A stretch of 64,000 nt of DNA from the human T2T-CHM13v2.0 reference genome, Homo sapiens: the NCBI RefSeq assembly GCF_009914755.1, contig NC_060932.1, one strand, 5' to 3'. Position 1 is the first letter of the stretch; each line of letters begins with the position of its first letter. Below, one piece after another: positions 57,201 to 64,000 of the stretch. Made by a program: the position numbers and the translations under genes. Below the pieces are notes generated by a model. The model did not search any database, was not told where the DNA came from, and saw only the letters and a program-made list of their open reading frames with translations.

Positions 57201-59019
57201 GTTTCATAAAGAATCTTGGGTATTTAAAAATACAATGGATAGGCCTCACCTACTGAATGTGCATCCTTAGAGCTTTGACCAGAGAATTCAATTTTAATAA
57301 GCAGACCATGTGATTATTGTACTTTTTAACGTATGAGAGAGAGAGTGATTTTTGACTATGATAAGTATTGAATAATCCGTTACAAATATGAAGATACAAA
57401 GTAAGGACTTAATAAATGTTAGTTGAATTAACATATGAAGGCATGAATTAATGTTGAGAAGAGGGTGGTTGAGGTATGGAGGGTGAGTTCATTAATAGTG
57501 GATTACAATGCGTAGGGCACTGCCTTTTCAGGGGGTGGGCAAAAGTTGAGGGTAGTGGATGCTCTACATACTTCGCTAATTGTTTTTAATAATTGGGCTC
57601 CATTGTACTCACCCATATCCCTGCTCTGTCCTCTGTAGCAAGTATTCACAAATCTACTGTAGCAGTCCCAGCTGCTGGGTTTCCCCAGCAGAGCAGAGCC
57701 CTGGGCAATTGTTCCAATTTGCTGTAGTCTAGACTCTGGAGACAGCTCTGTCTGGAAAGAGAAGCACGGACACTCATAGTCCGAAGCTAATTAAGTTAGC
57801 AAGATAAACAAGGTAAGAGTCCTGGGAATAAGGGGAATTTCTTGAGCCTCAAAAAATTCACAAATTAGAGATTGAGAACACTGGTAATATCTGAGACTTC
57901 TAACTATATTTTTCACCCCTCCCAAAGACACCTGAGCTTTTCTGATAAGGGGCATGCCAATGGCATGCCAGATGGTCACTACATGATCATTTAAATACCT
58001 TTTCATTAAATGGGAATATTTATTACTTTTAAAAATTATTCACAATCATATACTTAGTTTTTAAATAATACTATTTAATTTGTTCTCAATATTCTTGAAC
58101 TCTTTTATTGAAAGCAGTCCTGAGCAAGATCCTTGAATTACTCATATTCCAATTACTTAACTAGTCCAGCAGTATAACATGACACTATACATACATATTC
58201 ATAAAAATATTTACATGTATATTGAGCCCCTTTAAACAAGGAAACATAATTGAAACGTATCTCCTATTATCTCTCCCCATCACGAGGACACATGAAGACT
58301 GCAACTACTGCTTCAATAATGTCGTGAGTTTCCAATTGCTCTGCATTAGAATCTAACAGGGTCCCAGCACAAATTTAAGGTACTTCAAACCAAATCTTAT
58401 TTTATTTTATTTAAAAAGACAGTGGCATTTCATATCTTGATGTTATATTAAGTGATTAAAGGTAATTTTATCTTTTGACCACAAGAGTCACAAATGAATA
58501 TGAAGTAGCCATCTAGACACAATCCATTCTGTAGAATGCATCTGAACAATTTGTATAGATTGCATATGGAATGTATTGTAAAGATGGTGGAACAGATTGG
58601 CTACAGGTAAGAACCTTGTGGTCTTCCCATGCTGCATACTATGTAGTATGCGCTGCTTCTTTATAATGTCATTAGACAAAACTTAAAATGTTGCTCAGTG
58701 GTTCATCACATATCCAGTATAATACTCTATTGATACAGTTTAGCTGAGGATCATTCTGCTTTATTAAGATTTTTTAATAACTCAACTATAAGCTACTCTA
58801 ACAAGGTACCTATTTCTTAACCACATTTTTGGCAGTGGTTTTCTTTTCTCATTCAGAATACCATAAAAGAAAAGTTATGTAATTTCTACTGAGGTCATGT
58901 TGAAATTTAGCTTTTTCATGCTGGGCTTCAGGACTCCTTCTTCAAAGTCTCTGTATGAAAGATGATTCTAGAGGATAAGAATCATCCAAATGTCTGTGAA
59001 AGCATAGAATTGTGGAACG

Positions 59020-59380
59020 TTGACTTTACAATGTTACAGTGATTTTACAAATAAAGGAACTGAGTCTTCGACAGTAAATGACTGGAATGATCAAGAACAC
59101 TCCTAAGTAATAATAATGGTTTACACTTATGTGGTGCTTACAATATGCCAGGTTCCAAATTTTTCACATATATTAATTTAGTCAATCTTAATAAACACTC
59201 TATGAGATATCACTACTATCCTCATTTTACAGATAAGGACACTGAGTCATAAGCAATAACATAGCCAAGGGCTACCAGTCAGGTGTAGAACTAGTTGGGT
59301 CAACGGTCCAAGCCCAACTGTACTTTCATTATGGTGGGAGAATTGGGACTTGAACCAATGGTTTTTGGCTTAACACTTAA
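59020..59380 (-). mobile_element. MIR fragments
   Basis: GTGCTTACAATATGCCAGG...ACTATCCTCATTTTACAGATAAGGACACTGAGTCA...GGGACTTGAACC. Confidence 0.75.
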
Positions 59381-59394
59381 TCATGCAATTATGA

Positions 59395-59417
59395 GTGTGT
59401 GTGTGTGTGTGTGTGTG
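59395..59417. repeat. (GT)n microsatellite
   Basis: Directly visible. Confidence 0.95.
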
Positions 59418-60988
59418 AATACTTTCTACTTTTTAGCCACCAACATTCATTCTTTCATTCTCTCTTCCTTGGCAATAGCACACTGGTTTCCTCTGGAAGT
59501 TTATCAGAGAATGACACTGAGGATCTTTACACAGTTGGAGGCAAGGAAGATTTGGAGGACAACTGGAGAGAAAGTCTGGATTTTTTATTGCATTGCACTT
59601 GGACTGACAAGATGTAAAGCTGGAGCTCTTTGGTTTGTCTTGGTGCAGAAAATTTGAGCTAATTCAGAGAAAGCAGAGCGTACACATTGAGAAACAGATT
59701 CTGGGTTCTGCAGCATGTTTTGGACCCCTTAATAATGCCACACCTCAAGTCAGCCATAACCCCCAGAGTTCTCCAGTTATGCTCTTTTTTTGTGGCTTAT
59801 GCCTTTGTGAATTGGTATCAAAGAGAATTCGGATGAATATATCAGACTTTAATTTAGTATTATTAGATATATACTGATATGCAGAACTATAATATTATGA
59901 AACTTTTAAAAATGTATAAATGCTTTTCAATAATATTCAAAACAATAGATTTTTATACTTTTTACCCAAAATGACATTGTACAGATTGATGACCAATCTT
60001 ACTTGCCAGACTTGGCTCTGGTAATTTTTGACAATAATTCAGCATCAAACTTACCCTCAAATGGCAAAGACATGAAGATATTAGAAATTATTTTGAAATA
60101 CAGTGAACATACCCAAAAGACAAATTTCAATAACTGCTGTGAACAATAGCAGCATCTTTGGTATTCTCTCAAGCTCTAGGAAATGTGTTTGTTTTAAACA
60201 GCAGTTTTATTTAATAATCTTAAATTGCATATGTCCTTGACTTCACAGATTATTATTATCATATTAATAAACGGCTGGTGTTTTGTAAATACCCTTTAAA
60301 ATGAACTGAAAAAAATAATAGGCTAACGGGTCAAAACATTTATCACAATGTATCGATAAATCCTTGGTATTTGAAAGGCTCCATATGAAGACGATCAAGG
60401 AATTCAGATCTATGTAGAAATGAAGATTTCATAGGAAGTGATTAGTGTTCATTAAATGACGAAGCACAGATTAAAACCTGTTCCATCAAAAGTTTAGACA
60501 TTTTGTGTTAGCCTAAGTAGGCAAATGATGATTACACACATCATACATGTTGTGAGTTTTGAAGTCTAAAGGATTATTGACCTGAGAAAGCCCAAGCAGA
60601 CATAATCTCAAGCGATGTTTCTGATGTTTCTGTTATCAGTTTTAACAGTGATTAAATACCGACCTACAACATACTTCATTATGACTCACTACACTCTCTG
60701 CAATGTGGCTCTGGTGGTGTCTATTTTATGTTTACCTAAAAACACAGCACATATTAAAACAAGGTTATTGTGTAACAATGAATGAGACACTAAAACAAAG
60801 GGTATCTAGACCCTGTATGTGATGCCAAATTTATAAATTCAGTTAAACTAGTAAGATATTTGCATTATTTTCACTTTCTAATATGTAATTTCCAATTTAT
60901 GTATGGAATTTTGCTTATACAAATAAAACTGTGTGGAGAGGCAAAAAGGAACATTAGCTTACTGTAGTCCAAATAAAATCACAGATGT

Positions 60989-61321
<333 letters not shown>

Positions 61322-61404
61322 TTAGCGATGAAATGTTCCTTAAATATTTTTTCATAGAACTGTCCACTCTTAAATGCAACAACTTAAAAATCAGCAACTG
61401 AAAT

Positions 61405-61650
61405 AACAGTAGCAAAAGTAATTCTGATGACAGGATATTGACCCTGTGTCAAGCACTGTGCTAATGCTTTATGCTTATTGGCTCCTTTATTCTCAGAACA
61501 ACTATTTGAGAGAGCTACTATTATTATTCCCATTTTGAGGTGAGGAAATTGAGTCACAGAGAGATAAGTTACTTACATAAGATTACATGACTGGTGAGTG
61601 GCAGGACTAGGATTTAAATTCAAGCAGTATAGCCCCAGAGTTTCCCTAAG
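61405..61650 (-). mobile_element. MIR SINE
   Basis: TGTGTCAAGCACTGTGCTAATGCTTTA...ATTATTATTCCCATTTTGAGGTGAGGAAATTGAG...GTGGCAGGACTAGGATTTAAATTCAAGCAG. Confidence 0.8.
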
Positions 61651-61782
61651 AAAATATAAGATATTTTATATTATTTTTATATTTAGTGATAGTAATGTAT
61701 ATTACTAATGTACATTAGTGATAGTAATGTGCTAATGATATAGTAAAGTATATCACTAAGTTAAAAATAATATTTTCAATGA

Positions 61783-62144
<362 letters not shown>

Positions 62145-62399
62145 TAGAATAAATTTTTCTAAAATAAAGATATACAATTATTGCAAGTACTCTTGAGCAT
62201 TATTTCATTATTTCATTATCTTTGATCAATTTTCCTTAATTTTTATAATTTGACCAAACTACCAGAAGTCATGTAACTAACACGCTCCAAAGCACATGGC
62301 TGTAATGCATATTTGTACCAGTTCTATATTTTTGCACCTGGTTTATTTTGGCATCCCTCAAAAGATCTTATGGGCTAATAACTGTGAAATACATTTTGT

Positions 62400-62995
62400 G
62401 ATCCTCTTAAAACTTGAGCCACATCATGTCAAACACCTCTACTCAAAGCCCTTCAATTGCCTTTCACATCATTCTCCATAAAATCCAAATCCTTCACTGT
62501 AACTCAGAAAAAATCCCACTCCCAACTCCACTTTGCCTCTAAACGAATTTCTCATTACCCTATTCTTTTTTCACTGCACTCCAGCCACTGGTCTCCTCAA
62601 TATTCTTTAAATATGGAAACGTATTTTCTCCTTTCGGCCTTTGCACCTGCTGTTCCCTCTGCTTGGAATGCCCTTCCCATGAGTATCCCCATGGCTCTCT
62701 CCTTCACTTCACGTATGTACTTAAAAGTCAACTTCATCACGGCTGCCCTGGCTACTCAACTGAAAATGCTGCACTTTATATCCTTCCCTGCCTTGTTCCT
62801 TCTCCTTGGTGCATATCACTCTATGATATATTCTGAGTTTTATGTATTTATCTGATTTGTCTGTCTCTCTAACTAAATTATAAGATTCATAAGTACAGGG
62901 TTTTTGTCTATTTGGTTTGCTGCTATATTCTCTGCATTCATAATAGTACCTGGCATATAATAGGTGCTCAATACATATTTGCTAATTAATCAGTT
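62400..62995 (+). mobile_element. L2 LINE 3' end
   Basis: GCCTTTGCACCTGCTGTTCCCTCTGCTTGGAATGCCCTT...GTACCTGGCATATAATAGGTGCTCAATACATATTTG. Confidence 0.85.
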
Positions 62996-63285
62996 AATTA
63001 ATTGTAGTTCCTGGTATTGAATTATTTTAAGCAAGAGGGATTTACATTGCAAATGAGATCAATTACAATGTCATTAACATGAATGTACCTTTCAGTCCAC
63101 CACTTTGAATATTTGAGTTTAGCACTTAAGTATTTTCTTGGCAGCTGTGATACTAGGAATTCTATTTATAAAGCATCTGAATCCAATTTATTTCACTATC
63201 CACTGGATTTTCTTCAGCTTTCCAGAACAAGTTTGTGATCATCTTGTTGCCAGTTGAATCTAATATATTGACTGATTTGCTGAGT

Positions 63286-64000
63286 TTTTCATTCAACAAA
63301 ATTTATTGAACATCTACAATGTATAAGGCATAGGATAACAGCAAGAAATTCAGGACCAACAGGAATTTTTCTCTCATACAGTTTAAAATCTTCCAGGGAA
63401 AGATTGGAACCAAGAATTGAAGCATGAGTAGGTATAGGGTTGTTACAGTATTGTACTTAGGTTGAGATTATGGTGATGCCCGACGAGGTAGAGAAAAGTG
63501 AGAAGACTTGAGAGATACTTTGCTTGCAGAATTGGTAGACATTTGTGAACGACTGGATGTAAGAGATAAGAGAAAATGGGGACTCAAGGTGCCTTCCAGT
63601 ATACCAATTTGAGGAAACAGAGAAACAATGGTGATACCATTTAGTGGAATGAAAAAGATGAGGAAAGAAACAGGTTTTAGTCAGACAAATGTGACATTCA
63701 AGAAAAGATGCTGTGTCACAAATCCAAGTCTTGAATTCAGATCTGGGAAGGAAAGATACACACACACACACGTCATCAGCATACAAATGGCATTTCAAGC
63801 CATGGAAATATATTACATCAATTACTTCACAGTTATAGGAAAGATGAGCACCTGGGGTTGAGACTTCAGAGGTCACATACAGACAAAGATTTCTTCTCAA
63901 CTAGCACAGGAGATTGAGAAGAATCAACCAGTGTTAAAGAAAGAAACACAGAAAAGGATGTAGTCAAATAATCCAAAGAAAGAAAAGTATTTTGAGATAA
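63286..64000 (-). mobile_element. L2 LINE fragments running off the window
   Basis: TCATTCAACAAAATTTATTGAACATCTAC; GTCATCAGCATACAAATGGCATTTCAAGCCATGG; the ORF 63457-63900 fragment HGLKCHLYADD resembles the RT YADD motif. Confidence 0.8.

Noticed and set aside
57672-57691. Terminator-like hairpin CTGCTGGG-TTTC-CCCAGCAG
   Set aside because: Eukaryotic context, no U-tract; likely chance or a DNA-transposon relic
63457-63900. 147-aa ORF containing YADD (reverse-transcriptase motif)
   Set aside because: Decayed L2 remnant interrupted by a CA repeat; not an intact RT

Overview
Human (primate) genomic DNA containing the 5' part of TRPS1 (GATA-type zinc-finger repressor) on the minus strand. It includes the large coding exon 3 (291-1219), the short exon 2 (4760-4917) with the upstream MPYEVNAGYDFTN start, a 44.8-kb first intron with an orphan CpG island (~29.4 kb), and a CpG-island promoter (~48.5-50.8 kb) with at least three first-exon splice donors (49027, 49698, 50498). 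About 13 kb of upstream sequence follows. Repeats are Alus, a near-full-length Tigger1, and L2, MIR, L1M and LTR33-like relics. Nearly all ORFs in the supplied track are spurious. I found no evidence of a new gene system. The most interesting structure only appears after splicing, in the TRPS1 5' leader: a 43-codon uORF spanning the 44.8-kb intron, three out-of-frame AUGs 9 nt apart, and two donors 14 nt apart that swap which frame is coding and which is an overlapping uORF. There is also a possible G-quadruplex/hairpin switch in exon 1 and a candidate frame-compatible cassette exon beside the intronic CpG island. Splice junctions, frames and TSDs were read by hand from the sequence. Old-repeat boundaries and TSS positions are approximate.
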